Positions 19,198-30,602 are shown, counted from the stretch's first letter. The stretch: DNA of 64,000 nt from Myxococcota bacterium (GCA_049317445.1 JBMOIG010000007.1:3700-67699); one strand, 5' to 3'. Notes: generated from the sequence alone by a model not told the origin. Numbers and translations are program-made.

Positions 19198-21504
19198 TCA
19201 GGCAAGGCCCCAGCGACGTCTCAGGGCCCACTCGAGGCCCATCAACGCGACCAGCCACAACAACACCTCTGGCCGACTCCACAAGTCCGTGTACACGCCG
19301 TCGGCGAAATCCAGGCCATCGCGCAGCCCCATCGGCACACCCTCAGCTGGCGCTCGGCCCTGCCAGACCTGCCCGCCCGACGCCTTGGCCAGACTGCGCA
19401 ACAGCGCGTCGGAAGGCTGGATCAGCGACGCCTCACCGCTGGGCGGCAGGACCACGAGCGGCGCCGTCGCCTGTTCGACGCGGCCACCGATCAACGCCTC
19501 GACGACCAGACGATGGGGCCCCGGGGTCAGGTCGGAGATTTGCAGCGTTACGGCGCCGCGCACGTCGGTAGGTTCGGGCCACGGCTGCCTCGGAACGGCC
19601 GGGCCCGGCACCTGCGCCATGGGCTCGACAGCCACCTGCACCGTGACACCCGCAAGGGGTTCGCCCGCTGCACCGACCGCCGTCACTTGCAAGCGCACCG
19701 GTGTACCAAAGGGGACCGGGTCACCGGGCGCATCCACCCGCAGCGCATCGACTTCCGGGTCTCGCAGCAGCCACGCCATCAGCTGATCCAGCAGGCGATG
19801 GTACTCAGTGCGGCTGCGGTCGCGGGTCGTCTCTGCGGCGGTGGCGGGAAATGCCCAGGTCCACAGCGAGTCCGTTGCGACCACGGCACTGCGTCCTGAA
19901 CCCGCCTCGCCCACGGCCACCAGCGGATGCCCGGCCGCGTCGGTGACCAGCACCAGACCCGTCTCGCCCGGCAGCAGCGCGGTGTTGCGGCCCTGAAAGG
20001 CGTTGCGCCCCCAAGCCTCTCGATTCGCCTCGGGATCTCCCGCCAGTCGGGCGACCGGATGCGTCTCTCCCGCCGGCGTCAGTCGCAGCGGCAGCGGACC
20101 GTCCAGATAGCCGGTATCGTCTCCCGTCAGCGGCTGCAAACGCAGGGGCAGCCAATCCGCCAACCCCGTCCCGTAGTAACCGCCACCGCTGAGCGCCTGC
20201 CGCCCGCCAAGGACCAGGAACGCGCCTCCGCCGGTCACATAGTTCCGCAGCTGCGGCAGGTACTGGTCGATCTGGAACGGCCCGAACGGAAAATCCTGAA
20301 AGATCAGCAGGTCGAAGCTGCTCAGCGACTCCTCGAAAATCTCGCGCGTGGGAAACGGAATCAGGGTGGTGTCGTCGGCCGAGACGTAGGCGCCCGAGCC
20401 TTGGCCCACCATGACGTAGAAGGACACCAAGTCGACCGCAGGGTTGCCGCGCAGGTGCGTGCGCAGGAAGCGGCTGTCCCACGAGGGGTGGCCGGCCAGA
20501 TGCAGGACGCGGACCCGGTCGCGCACGACCCGCAGGCCTGCCCACGTGCGGTTGTTGGTCTCGGTCAGCTCGTCAGGCAGCGGGACGATCGAGGCCTCGA
20601 GGACGTGGGGCCCCACGTGCAACGGCTGGAATTCCAAGTCGATCGTGCGCCGTCCAGGTCCTGCGAGCGGCACCTGACGCGTGGCGACCGGCTTGCCGTT
20701 GTCGGACAGCACAAGCGCCAGACTGTCCGAACGCTCGGCATAGCCACTGATCTCGACGTCGACGGCGACGGGCATGAAGGTGCGCGTGAAGGCGAACGAA
20801 CTGGCCCGAATCGCGGAAACCGCGAGATCGCGTGCGGGCTTGGGGTCGCCGACGAAGACGCTGTGGATCGGCACGCCCAGGTGCTCGACCAGGGCGTTCG
20901 ACTCCTCATCCAGCGGGCTCTCGACCGCCGGGTTGCGCGCCCGCAACCGTCCCGTGTCCAGACCGTCGCTGATCAGAACCACGGCCGCCAAGTCGGTCAG
21001 CCGCCGCCGTTCGCCCAACTCCGCCAAAGCTGCAAGAAAATCGGTTGCCGCGCCGTCGGGGTTGGTTCTCGCCAACGCCTCCATGCCCGTGACCGGCTGC
21101 AGGTCGTCGGCCAGCGTGAACAACGACACCGAGTGCCCCGTCGTCAGCTGCTTGGCAGCCGCGCGCGCCCGCTCCCATCGGCGCTCACCGTTCGCACCGC
21201 GTGCCATCGACAGCGACCGGTCCACGACTACGGCCACCCGCCGCGCGACTGTGCGCGGACTCTGGCTCACCCACGTCGGCTGCAAGAGCACAAGCAGCAA
21301 GCTGACCAGCAGCAACGCCCGGAGTCCCAGCAACGTGTAACGCCGACGCGGCACCGACAGCTGGCGCAAGTTCAGCCACGCAAGTCCCAAGATGCCCAGC
21401 GCCAGCGCGATCACGGCAAGACGAGGCGCCCACGACCACCGCAGCGCCCACTCCAGGCGTCCCGTCGGGTCTGCAACGGCAAAGAGGCCGGCCCAGGCGA
21501 TCAT
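19198..21504 (-). CDS. BatA-like membrane protein with a VWA domain
   Basis: It has two N-terminal transmembrane helices, the MIDAS motif VVVDRSLSM, and a C-terminal transmembrane helix. The antisense ORF 19927..21963 is rejected. Confidence 0.8.
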   Translation of the reverse strand: MIAWAGLFAVADPTGRLEWALRWSWAPRLAVIALALGILGLAWLNLRQLSVPRRRYTLLGLRALLLVSLLLVLLQPTWVSQSPRTVARRVAVVVDRSLSMARGANGERRWERARAAAKQLTTGHSVSLFTLADDLQPVTGMEALARTNPDGAATDFLAALAELGERRRLTDLAAVVLISDGLDTGRLRARNPAVESPLDEESNALVEHLGVPIHSVFVGDPKPARDLAVSAIRASSFAFTRTFMPVAVDVEISGYAERSDSLALVLSDNGKPVATRQVPLAGPGRRTIDLEFQPLHVGPHVLEASIVPLPDELTETNNRTWAGLRVVRDRVRVLHLAGHPSWDSRFLRTHLRGNPAVDLVSFYVMVGQGSGAYVSADDTTLIPFPTREIFEESLSSFDLLIFQDFPFGPFQIDQYLPQLRNYVTGGGAFLVLGGRQALSGGGYYGTGLADWLPLRLQPLTGDDTGYLDGPLPLRLTPAGETHPVARLAGDPEANREAWGRNAFQGRNTALLPGETGLVLVTDAAGHPLVAVGEAGSGRSAVVATDSLWTWAFPATAAETTRDRSRTEYHRLLDQLMAWLLRDPEVDALRVDAPGDPVPFGTPVRLQVTAVGAAGEPLAGVTVQVAVEPMAQVPGPAVPRQPWPEPTDVRGAVTLQISDLTPGPHRLVVEALIGGRVEQATAPLVVLPPSGEASLIQPSDALLRSLAKASGGQVWQGRAPAEGVPMGLRDGLDFADGVYTDLWSRPEVLLWLVALMGLEWALRRRWGLA

Positions 21505-21508
21505 GGCG

Positions 21509-22309
21509 TCAGGGCTCCTCTTCCTCGGGGGCGGTGTGGGCGGACGGTACCTGAGTCCCCCGACGATAGCGCAACAGTTGCATCACGTGGGTGTGGTCAT
21601 CCTTGTAGTCCAGACAAAGCGCGTACATCACCAGATTCACGCCCAGCCGAAACGCCTGCTCCCGCTGGTTCTCCCCCCCGGGCACCACGGTCAACGCAAA
21701 TCCGCCGAACGGCAGCCGGGCAAACGCGCCAGCCAGGTCGTTGCGGGTGTACAGCACGGCAAAGTGAGCCCCGACGCGCAAGCCTTCGAGATCGTGGGAG
21801 TCTGCCCGACGGCCAACCGGGCGGTCCAGACGATAGAAGCTGCGAAAGACGACATGGCTGGGCGGAACCCGCTGCAGGGGCTGAGGAAAGATCCGCTGCA
21901 GCTCGCGACGCACGCCCGCGTCGAACGCCTGTGACGCTTCTGCCTTGCCGGTGTTGTCGATGATGAGTGTGCCGCCCGTCGACAGATGTTGGCGCAGGTG
22001 CACAACGGCTTCGGGGGTCAGCTTGCCTGGATTGCGGTCGCCGCCCCAGTACAGCAGCGGATACTGAAAGATCGTGGGGTCTTCCGGCCGCACACCGACC
22101 GGGTTCGGGGCGATGTCGATGCTGGTGCGCAGGCGAATCTCTTGCGCCCACGCCGTCAGTTCCGAACCTTGGTCCACGCCGCCGACCTTCAACCACGCGA
22201 TCTTCAACGCGATGGCCTGCGCGTGCACCGTCGTTGTAGCAAACAGCAGCCCCAGCGCCGTGGCGGCGAACAACAGACGCCTGAGCATGAAAGGGCGAGC
22301 GAGCGGCAT
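21509..22309 (-). CDS. DUF4159-family secreted protein
   Basis: The signal peptide is MPLARPFMLRRLLFAATALGLLFATTTVHAQA. The PLLYWGG...GGTLIID block is typical of DUF4159. It sits 5 nt upstream of the VWA gene. Confidence 0.7.
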   Translation of the reverse strand: MPLARPFMLRRLLFAATALGLLFATTTVHAQAIALKIAWLKVGGVDQGSELTAWAQEIRLRTSIDIAPNPVGVRPEDPTIFQYPLLYWGGDRNPGKLTPEAVVHLRQHLSTGGTLIIDNTGKAEASQAFDAGVRRELQRIFPQPLQRVPPSHVVFRSFYRLDRPVGRRADSHDLEGLRVGAHFAVLYTRNDLAGAFARLPFGGFALTVVPGGENQREQAFRLGVNLVMYALCLDYKDDHTHVMQLLRYRRGTQVPSAHTAPEEEEP

Positions 22310-22435
22310 CCGGGATCCTGCAAGGCGAGGCACGGCAACAAGCGGCGCGCACGATAACAGCATCGCAACAAGTTGGGGAGTTTCACCCCGTGTGAGGTCG
22401 CACCGGATCCGCAGACGCAACGGCCGCGGTCGCGT

Positions 22436-25033
22436 TCAGCGCGCCCTCACCACCAGATCGTAACGCCACGCGCCCGGGCCAATGCGCACTTGGACGAGCC
22501 CCGCCTGTCGCACCCAACACGTCGCCAGCTGCCGACTCGCCGGTCGCAGCCCGGGCGGCGAGGCCGGCGTGTTCCCTTCCGTCGAAACGCACAAGGTCCC
22601 GTTCGGAGGGGTGACCTCGATCGGGGGTGCCGCCTCGGCTCGGGACAGCGTCGCAACCTCCACCAACGCATCTGCGGCGACAGGGAACGCGACCCAGTCT
22701 TGATCGACGCCGCACATGGTCAGGTCGGCCACCACCAGCGGGCGCGGACCGGGCGCAGGCAAGAGCACGGGGGCGGTCTCGGAATCTCCGACGCGGTCCA
22801 GCCGGTCGGGCTCGCACGCGGCGTCAGCGTCCGGCAGTGACACGCCGAACCGGCCGAATCCGTGCGAGTCCTGCTTCGGCGTCCACTGGGCGATCAGCAG
22901 GCCGGGACCGGACGCTGCGATCACCTGCCAGACCTCTGCGGTCGACAGCGTCACCTCGGCAGCGAGCGCGGGCATCGCGGTGGCGGGCACCAGGTCCTCA
23001 GGCAGATTCCCGTTCCAAGTCGTGAGCATCCCCTGCACCGCCCCGACCACCAGCGTCCAAGCGACGGTGGTCTCGCGCTCGGCGCTCCAGACGATTCGAC
23101 GGGCGCGAGACAGGTCCGCGATCACGTCGAAGGCGCCGGGCAGCCACAGCCAAGCGTCGGTCGAGCGTGCAAAGGGATCCCCTTGCAGCACGGCCGGTTG
23201 TTCGCTTGCGACGCGAATGCGGAACGATGCCGGCCGGTCGCCCGTTTGTACCAACTGCAGTTCCGACTGGTCCCCGAAGCCCTTGCCGACGTCGGCGATC
23301 AACCCGCCGCCACGGTCAGACCAGACTTGCGTCGGCCTGCCGTCGCCCCCTACGGCCACCAGTTCGAGCGGACCCGCGTCAACCGTCACCTCGACCGTGG
23401 CATCGCCGCCAGACGCCTTCGGCAACAGGAACCGCCGCGACTCCCCGGCGCACAGCCGTCCCTCCGTCCAGGATTGCGTCAAGGTCACGGCGCTGTCCTC
23501 AACGGCCGGGTTGCAGCCGTCGTCGCCAAACACTGCCAACAGCGAGGCAGAGGTAGGGGCGGTCGCCGTCGAAACGACGTCCAGTACGCGGTCGACAGGG
23601 GACGGAGAAACGCCACACGGGCGTCCGTGGCTGTGTCCCTGGCACAGGGTGCCTTGGTCATCGCGCACCTCGAACTCGACCCGCGGCCAACCCTCCGGCG
23701 ACTCCGAGCGTACCCACACCGCCCGACCCGCTGGCACCTGCAGCCGGGCCACATCGGCCTGTTGCGGACACTCGCGCCGCACGATTCGCAGGTTCGGCAG
23801 CAGCTCCACGGGCGACGCCGTCGTCGCCGGAATCGCGTCATCGGTGCAGCCGGGCCCGACGCCAACCAGCGCGTCGCTCTGCACCGGCCAAAGTGCCGAT
23901 CCCCCGCACACGCCAAGCAGCGGGTCGTCCAAGTCACGGGCCAGCCACCCGACCGAGACCAAACCCGGCCCGAACCCTTCGGACACTCCAGGCACGGACA
24001 GCGTGCGGACGACCGCGCCGCGGCTGCCGTTCTGAGGATCCAGCGTCGGCACAAGGGTTTCCATGTGTTCGGCCCCGCTCCCAAGCGCCGCAGTGCGCAC
24101 CTGCACGAAAGCCGGCGGACCGTTGCCGTCCAGGACCATCACCGACGCGGAAAGCGCTGTGACGGAGGTCACTTGCGCAGGCAGGTCGACCCGAAGCACC
24201 GGTGAGTCCAACAGGCATGGCACGGCCTCTCGAGCCCCGGTCCACTCGACCTCGAGCTCGTGTACCGCGACCGGCGCCTGCCAGTCGGGCGACGCCAGCC
24301 GCACAACTACCCGAGTGGACTTACGAATCACGGCATCATCGGGGCGGAACCGCAGAACATACCTACCCACGGCCACCGGCATCAGCTCAGCCTGGCCGAC
24401 GAAAGCGGGGTCCAGCACGACTGGCATCCCAGCCAGATCCGTCGTGTCCGTGCGAACTTCTACGCGCAGCGTGCGCCCGGCGGCCAGCGGCAGATGCGCC
24501 CACTTCGGTGCGTCGATTCCGTGCGGCAACGGCGTGGGCACAACCTGCAACGTCCCGTCCGCGGTCCGCGAAATGCCGTCCGCGTCCGTCGCCTGCACCC
24601 GCACCTGCAGCACCGGCCCCGCGATCCGTGGCTTCCCTGCAGGACTGGGCCCCAGACGCAGCGCATCCGGCACCCACACCAACTGCGGTCCGGCAGAGGT
24701 CTCCAGCAGCGCAAGGCCCGCAGGCCCGGTGACCAATGTCCACGTCAGTGGTGCAGACGGCTCGCCCAGCACTGTCAGGGAATGTGTCCATGTCTCGCCG
24801 ACATGCACTGCGTGATGTCCCACCGGCGCGACGCGAAAATCGCTTGGAGCCCCGCCGCACGCCACCGCCAGCGCACCGACCCACAACAGCGAGAGGAGTG
24901 CCCCGGCAGCAAAGACATGCCGTTCCTTTCGGGTGGCCCGCGAGACGGTAGAGGAATCCCCACAGTGGTGGCAGACTGTTGCGCTCGTTGCGTCACGGGC
25001 GAGTCGTCCGCCCCCTTTGGTCAGCCGAGCCAT
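22436..25033 (-). CDS. Large (about 865 aa) lipoprotein, hypothetical
   Basis: The lipobox is LAVACGG. The only in-frame ATG that gives a signal peptide is 25033. The start is uncertain because it overlaps the divergent gene start by 2 nt. Confidence 0.55.
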   Translation of the reverse strand: MARLTKGGGRLARDATSATVCHHCGDSSTVSRATRKERHVFAAGALLSLLWVGALAVACGGAPSDFRVAPVGHHAVHVGETWTHSLTVLGEPSAPLTWTLVTGPAGLALLETSAGPQLVWVPDALRLGPSPAGKPRIAGPVLQVRVQATDADGISRTADGTLQVVPTPLPHGIDAPKWAHLPLAAGRTLRVEVRTDTTDLAGMPVVLDPAFVGQAELMPVAVGRYVLRFRPDDAVIRKSTRVVVRLASPDWQAPVAVHELEVEWTGAREAVPCLLDSPVLRVDLPAQVTSVTALSASVMVLDGNGPPAFVQVRTAALGSGAEHMETLVPTLDPQNGSRGAVVRTLSVPGVSEGFGPGLVSVGWLARDLDDPLLGVCGGSALWPVQSDALVGVGPGCTDDAIPATTASPVELLPNLRIVRRECPQQADVARLQVPAGRAVWVRSESPEGWPRVEFEVRDDQGTLCQGHSHGRPCGVSPSPVDRVLDVVSTATAPTSASLLAVFGDDGCNPAVEDSAVTLTQSWTEGRLCAGESRRFLLPKASGGDATVEVTVDAGPLELVAVGGDGRPTQVWSDRGGGLIADVGKGFGDQSELQLVQTGDRPASFRIRVASEQPAVLQGDPFARSTDAWLWLPGAFDVIADLSRARRIVWSAERETTVAWTLVVGAVQGMLTTWNGNLPEDLVPATAMPALAAEVTLSTAEVWQVIAASGPGLLIAQWTPKQDSHGFGRFGVSLPDADAACEPDRLDRVGDSETAPVLLPAPGPRPLVVADLTMCGVDQDWVAFPVAADALVEVATLSRAEAAPPIEVTPPNGTLCVSTEGNTPASPPGLRPASRQLATCWVRQAGLVQVRIGPGAWRYDLVVRAR

Positions 25034-25781
25034 GCGTCTACCCCGAATGCCATCGCCAAGTGCAGTTCTGTCGCTCGCGCTCGTCGTGCTGCCGACGTTC
25101 GCCTTCTTGCTGGCGTCGTGCGGCAGGTCGCCCGCCCCGCCTCGCGAAGTCGCGACAGCCCCTGTGGCGGCCCAGGCGACCCCGGTCAAAGACCCGCTGC
25201 CGGATCTGGGGCTACCCCGTGAAGGCTATCTGGATGCGCGTCGCCTTCAACTGTGCGCGCGGAAATTTCAGGTGGCCGACGCGCGTGCCGAGGCCATGGC
25301 CATCGCGCTGCTGGCGAGAGATCCCACAGCGACGGAAGTGCCGCTCGATCCGACGGCGATCGTTGCCGCGGCCGACCCCGCGTTGCTGGACCGCTATCGC
25401 AAGGCGCATCAGCTGGCCGACGCCCACCCGTCGACGGCCCAGTGGCTGGCCTCCGAAGTCGAGGGCTGCGTGTACGACGCCCAAGCCGGTCTGGTGCCAC
25501 GCGAGCTCGTCGACCGCTACGCCTTCACGTTTGCCGAGGTCGCCTGCCTGCAGCGCGAGATTCTGGGGCCTGACGGCAAGACCGACCCCCTCGCCCATGC
25601 CCACGCCGCCGCTCGGGTTTTTGCGCAACACGGCTTCGATGCAGCGGCATTCGCACGCTTGGGCTTGGTGTTGGCCCACTATCCGATCGCGCAGAAGGCG
25701 ATGTTCGCTCGCAAGAACGCGCGCTGCGCCCCGAAAGCCCGACCGCCTGCCAACGCAACGCCCGATCGGAGGACTCCGTGA
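25032..25781 (+). CDS. Lipoprotein, hypothetical
   Basis: The signal peptide MRLPRMPSPSAVLSLALVVLPTFAFLLASCG carries the lipobox LLASC. The stop overlaps the next gene's GTG start (GTGA). Confidence 0.65.
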   Translation: MRLPRMPSPSAVLSLALVVLPTFAFLLASCGRSPAPPREVATAPVAAQATPVKDPLPDLGLPREGYLDARRLQLCARKFQVADARAEAMAIALLARDPTATEVPLDPTAIVAAADPALLDRYRKAHQLADAHPSTAQWLASEVEGCVYDAQAGLVPRELVDRYAFTFAEVACLQREILGPDGKTDPLAHAHAAARVFAQHGFDAAAFARLGLVLAHYPIAQKAMFARKNARCAPKARPPANATPDRRTP

Positions 25782-26650
25782 CACAGACCCCTGAGGCCTC
25801 CCCCCACATATTTCAGGTCACGACCGGCCAGATTCAGGCCCCGGACGGCCTGTTGCTGCATCACGCCGAGTGGATCGCCGAGCGCGCAAAGGGCGGCGTG
25901 CTGATCGTCCATGGGTTTGCCGAACACTTGGGGCGGTATACGGAATTTGCCGAGTTTCTGGCCCGCTCTGGCTGGTCGGTGTTCGCGTACGACGCGCGCG
26001 GTCACGGCCGCAGCGCGGGTGTGCGGGCCTATGTCGATCGTTTCGACGAGTACCTGGCCGATCTGGCGACGGTGATGCCGTTTGCGACAGCTCGGCTGGG
26101 CGGCCGGCCGTTCCTGTTCGGCCACTCGATGGGCGGCTTGATCGCGCTGCACGCCGCCGGAGACGCGCCCGACACCATCCGGGGCCTGATCGTGTCCAAC
26201 CCCGCGACCCGCAACAAGATGCAAATCCCGCCGTGGAAGGCCGCCGCAGCCAAGGTCGCCGCGAAGCTGCACCCGACGCTCGCGCTGCCGACCGGCCTGT
26301 CCGGTGCGATGGTCAGTCGCGACCCCGTCGAGGCCAAGGCCTACGATACCGACCCGCTGAACATCAAGCAGGCCACCGCCCGCTGGTACGTCGAGTATCT
26401 GGCGTGTCAGGAGCGGCTGGAGAAGCGCGTGGGCGACGTGGGCAAGGTGCCGATGCTCGCCGTGCTGGGGACGGGAGACGGCGTGATCGACTCGGCCTTC
26501 ACGCGGTCGCTGCTGGGCGGCATCCGCGGCGTGGACCACACCGTTCGCAACTATCCGGACTTCCTGCACGAACTGTTGCATGAGCCCCTCGCCGACCGCG
26601 AGCGGGTGTTTGCCGACGTGCTGGCCTGGCTCGACTCGCACTCTGCCTGA
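25778..26650 (+). CDS. Alpha/beta hydrolase (lysophospholipase / monoacylglycerol-lipase-like)
   Basis: The nucleophile elbow is GHSMGG, the HGF.EH oxyanion region is VHGFAEHLGRY, and a C-terminal His is present. Confidence 0.85.
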   Translation: MTQTPEASPHIFQVTTGQIQAPDGLLLHHAEWIAERAKGGVLIVHGFAEHLGRYTEFAEFLARSGWSVFAYDARGHGRSAGVRAYVDRFDEYLADLATVMPFATARLGGRPFLFGHSMGGLIALHAAGDAPDTIRGLIVSNPATRNKMQIPPWKAAAAKVAAKLHPTLALPTGLSGAMVSRDPVEAKAYDTDPLNIKQATARWYVEYLACQERLEKRVGDVGKVPMLAVLGTGDGVIDSAFTRSLLGGIRGVDHTVRNYPDFLHELLHEPLADRERVFADVLAWLDSHSA

Positions 26651-26660
26651 GGCTACTGAC

Positions 26661-28349
26661 TTGCAAAGCGAATTTGGCCGATACCGCCTGATCCGCCACC
26701 TCGCCACCGGCGGGATGGGCGAGGTCTATCTGGCGGAAGCCAAGGGTGCCGCCGGATTCGCCAAGAAAGTCGTGATCAAGACCGTGCGGTCAGAGCTCTC
26801 GGCGGACCCGGAGCTGGTGCGCCAGTTTGTCGCTGAGGGCCGACTGCTCGAGGCGCTGGACCATCCCAACATCGCGCAGATCCTTGATCTCGGGCTGGTC
26901 GACGGCACGTACTTCCTCGCGATCGAGATGGTCGAGGGCTTTGACCTGCGCGCCCTGCAGAAGGCCCTGCCCGAGTTGCAACCCGGCGTGCCCCCGCGCA
27001 TGTCCGAGGTCGCCACGCTGTACTTGATCGCCTGTGTGGGTCGGGCGCTGCACCACGCCGCGAGTCGCCGCGGCCCTGACGGCAGGCCGCTGTCGATCGT
27101 GCACCACGACGTAACGCCCTCGAACGTGATGGTGCGCCGCGATGGCCACGTCAAGCTCGTGGATTTCGGGGTGGCGCGGTCGGCGCTGCTGAATCGCCTT
27201 TCCGCAGGGGCGCTTCGGGGCAAGCTGCCCTACCTGAGCCCCGAGCACGCGCGTCAGCTGACCGTCGATGCTCGCGCCGACCTGTTCGCGCTGGGACTGG
27301 TGGCTTGGGAGATGCTGACGGGCGAACGCGTGCTCGAGGTCGGCGACCCCGACTCGCTGGAGCAGGCGTACGCGCAGCTGCCCGCCAAGGTCGAAGCGCT
27401 TCGTTTGAGCGGACTTGCAAGTCCGGAGACCGTCGAGCTGATCGCCGACATGACGCGAGTCGAGATCGACCTTCGCTGCGCGGACGCCGAAGAAGTAGCG
27501 CAGCGTGCCGACCGACGGCTGATCGCGTTGGACGAAGCCTCGCCGGCACGAACCTTGGCGCAGGAGCTCGACCCTGCATTCCGGACGTTGGAGGCCCGCG
27601 CGCAGAGCTTCGACCAGCTGCTGGCCCAAACCCTCGGCTTTCAGGGCATGCCCATGCGGCCGCCGATGGAGGGCACCGTCAGCCTGCCCGGCCTCGAGGT
27701 CGTCAACATCGCCGCCTCCAGCGCCCGCGACGAGCCGTCGGCCGCCCCTATGCGCCGCCGCGGTCGCAAGCGCTTGGCCACCGCCGCGCTGATCGCGCTC
27801 GCGCTTGCCGGTGGACTTGGCTGGTGGTTCGGCGCCCGCAGAAGCCCAGAGCCAGCCCCCCTTTCCGTGACCACCGCCGGGGCGAAGACCGCCCGCTCAG
27901 GCTCCGTCGGCGCCGGGGCTGCCTCCTCCCGTGTCGCAGTGGTGCCCCCGACGCGCGTTGGCCCGGTCCAGACACCGTCAGCTGGAAACTCCCGCCCCAA
28001 CGCCAACTTGCGTGTCGCGGTCGGCCTGCCGGACGAGGCTACCGCGGCCGCTGTCGGCGCCGACGACCGATCCGGGGTGCGCAAGGGACGCGAGCGACAG
28101 GCCGGCGACGCGACCATCAAGTTCCGGGTCCTGCCTGCGAATTGTATCGTGACGGTCGACGGTGAGCGCTACCAACCCGGCCGCGACAACCGCTACGAGA
28201 TCCCGGTGCGCGCGGGCGTGCCTCACCGCGTGCGGGTGACGGACCCCTCCAGCCATGAGGTCCGGGAGGTCGACGTCCCGGGGCTGGAGCGCGGGGCGGA
28301 GCGCAGCCTGCAGGCCTTCATGTTTGGCACGGAATTCCGCCAGCCTTGA
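26661..28349 (+). CDS. Hanks-type Ser/Thr protein kinase with a C-terminal transmembrane helix and extracytoplasmic domain
   Basis: Motifs are the Gly loop ATGGMGEVY, the VAIK-like VVIKTV, the catalytic loop HHDVTPSNVMV, DFGVAR and SPEHA. The start is placed at TTG 26661, 10 nt after the upstream stop and preceded by GAGG. ATG 26580 is an alternative with a 71-nt overlap. Confidence 0.8.
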   Translation: MQSEFGRYRLIRHLATGGMGEVYLAEAKGAAGFAKKVVIKTVRSELSADPELVRQFVAEGRLLEALDHPNIAQILDLGLVDGTYFLAIEMVEGFDLRALQKALPELQPGVPPRMSEVATLYLIACVGRALHHAASRRGPDGRPLSIVHHDVTPSNVMVRRDGHVKLVDFGVARSALLNRLSAGALRGKLPYLSPEHARQLTVDARADLFALGLVAWEMLTGERVLEVGDPDSLEQAYAQLPAKVEALRLSGLASPETVELIADMTRVEIDLRCADAEEVAQRADRRLIALDEASPARTLAQELDPAFRTLEARAQSFDQLLAQTLGFQGMPMRPPMEGTVSLPGLEVVNIAASSARDEPSAAPMRRRGRKRLATAALIALALAGGLGWWFGARRSPEPAPLSVTTAGAKTARSGSVGAGAASSRVAVVPPTRVGPVQTPSAGNSRPNANLRVAVGLPDEATAAAVGADDRSGVRKGRERQAGDATIKFRVLPANCIVTVDGERYQPGRDNRYEIPVRAGVPHRVRVTDPSSHEVREVDVPGLERGAERSLQAFMFGTEFRQP

Positions 28350-28431
28350 CGTGTCGGGATTCGCCGATCTGCACCCACCGCCCGCAGGTCGGGGTTCACA
28401 GCCCGAAGCGGAGCAGGTAAGGTGCGCCGCC

Positions 28432-29790
<1,359 letters not shown>

Positions 29791-29994
29791 CGGTCCGTCA
29801 ACCACTGGCCAGGGAACGCCGTAAGGTCGGCCGCTTGGGGCATGTAATCCCCAGCCAACTGACGCAAGATCGCGTGCGGCCTACAAAAAAAATTGCCAAG
29901 CGATCGAGATCCGCTAGTCTGAACCTGTCGGTTGGCTCCCTTTGCTCGGGGGCCTTTGGACCGGCTTGCGTCCTTCGACGCGTTGGAGTTGCCC

Positions 29995-30270
29995 GTGAGC
30001 AAGACCAAGACCACGGTCGAGGTCCGCACCAAGGTAGAGGCCGATGTGGCCCTGCGCACTGCGGATCTGACCGCCCAGGAGGAACAGGTGCTGCGGATGC
30101 GTTACGGCATCGCCATCGACCCCTCTGCTCCCCTCGAGATGCGCGGCGAGGATCATGCTGACGCCCGCTCCCAGCTCGAGGCCATGACCCGTCGCGCACT
30201 CGCCGCCGTCCAAGCCGAGGTCGATACGGCCCGTCGCGACGCGATCATCGAGCGATTGCGCCGCATGTGA
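29995..30270 (+). CDS. Small protein with a sigma-70 region-4-like segment, hypothetical
   Basis: A GTG start at 29995 gives MSKTKTTVEV...LTAQEEQVLRMRYGI..., which resembles sigma region 4.2. A candidate promoter TTGCCA-16-TAGTCT lies near 29898-29926. Confidence 0.45.
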   Translation: MSKTKTTVEVRTKVEADVALRTADLTAQEEQVLRMRYGIAIDPSAPLEMRGEDHADARSQLEAMTRRALAAVQAEVDTARRDAIIERLRRM

Positions 30271-30440
30271 CCGCCCCCGACCCGGGGCCGCGAGGTTCGG
30301 TTGACTTTCGCCGCCACCCGCACCTCTCCCTGCTGGCCCTGGTTTCCCCCTCGGGACGACACCACGACCATCCTTGACTACTGGCCGTCGAAGGGGCATC
30401 CTTTCGCGCCCGTTTGGCCGTTCGACCCGTGGAGTTCCCC

Positions 30441-30602
30441 ATGTCTTCCCCTACCCACAGCACCGACCGTATCCGCAAGGCCAAGAAGACCTCTGCCGGT
30501 CAGGGCCGCAAGCGTGAACAGGCCCGCGCCCAGCGCATCCAGTCCGAGAAGAAGCTCGAGGCTGCTCTGGGTGAGAAGGTCAGCCTGCCCACGATTCGCT
30601 GA
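30441..30602 (+). CDS. Small basic protein (53 aa), hypothetical
   Basis: A GGAG RBS sits 6 nt upstream of the ATG. The protein is Lys/Arg-rich (MSSPTHSTDRIRKAKKTSAGQGRKREQARAQRIQSEKKLEAALGEKVSLPTIR), which is unusual for a random ORF in 70% GC DNA. Confidence 0.45.
   Translation: MSSPTHSTDRIRKAKKTSAGQGRKREQARAQRIQSEKKLEAALGEKVSLPTIR

Noticed and set aside
19927-21963. 678-aa plus-strand ORF
   Set aside because: It is antisense to the VWA (19198..21504) and DUF4159 genes and is Arg-rich.
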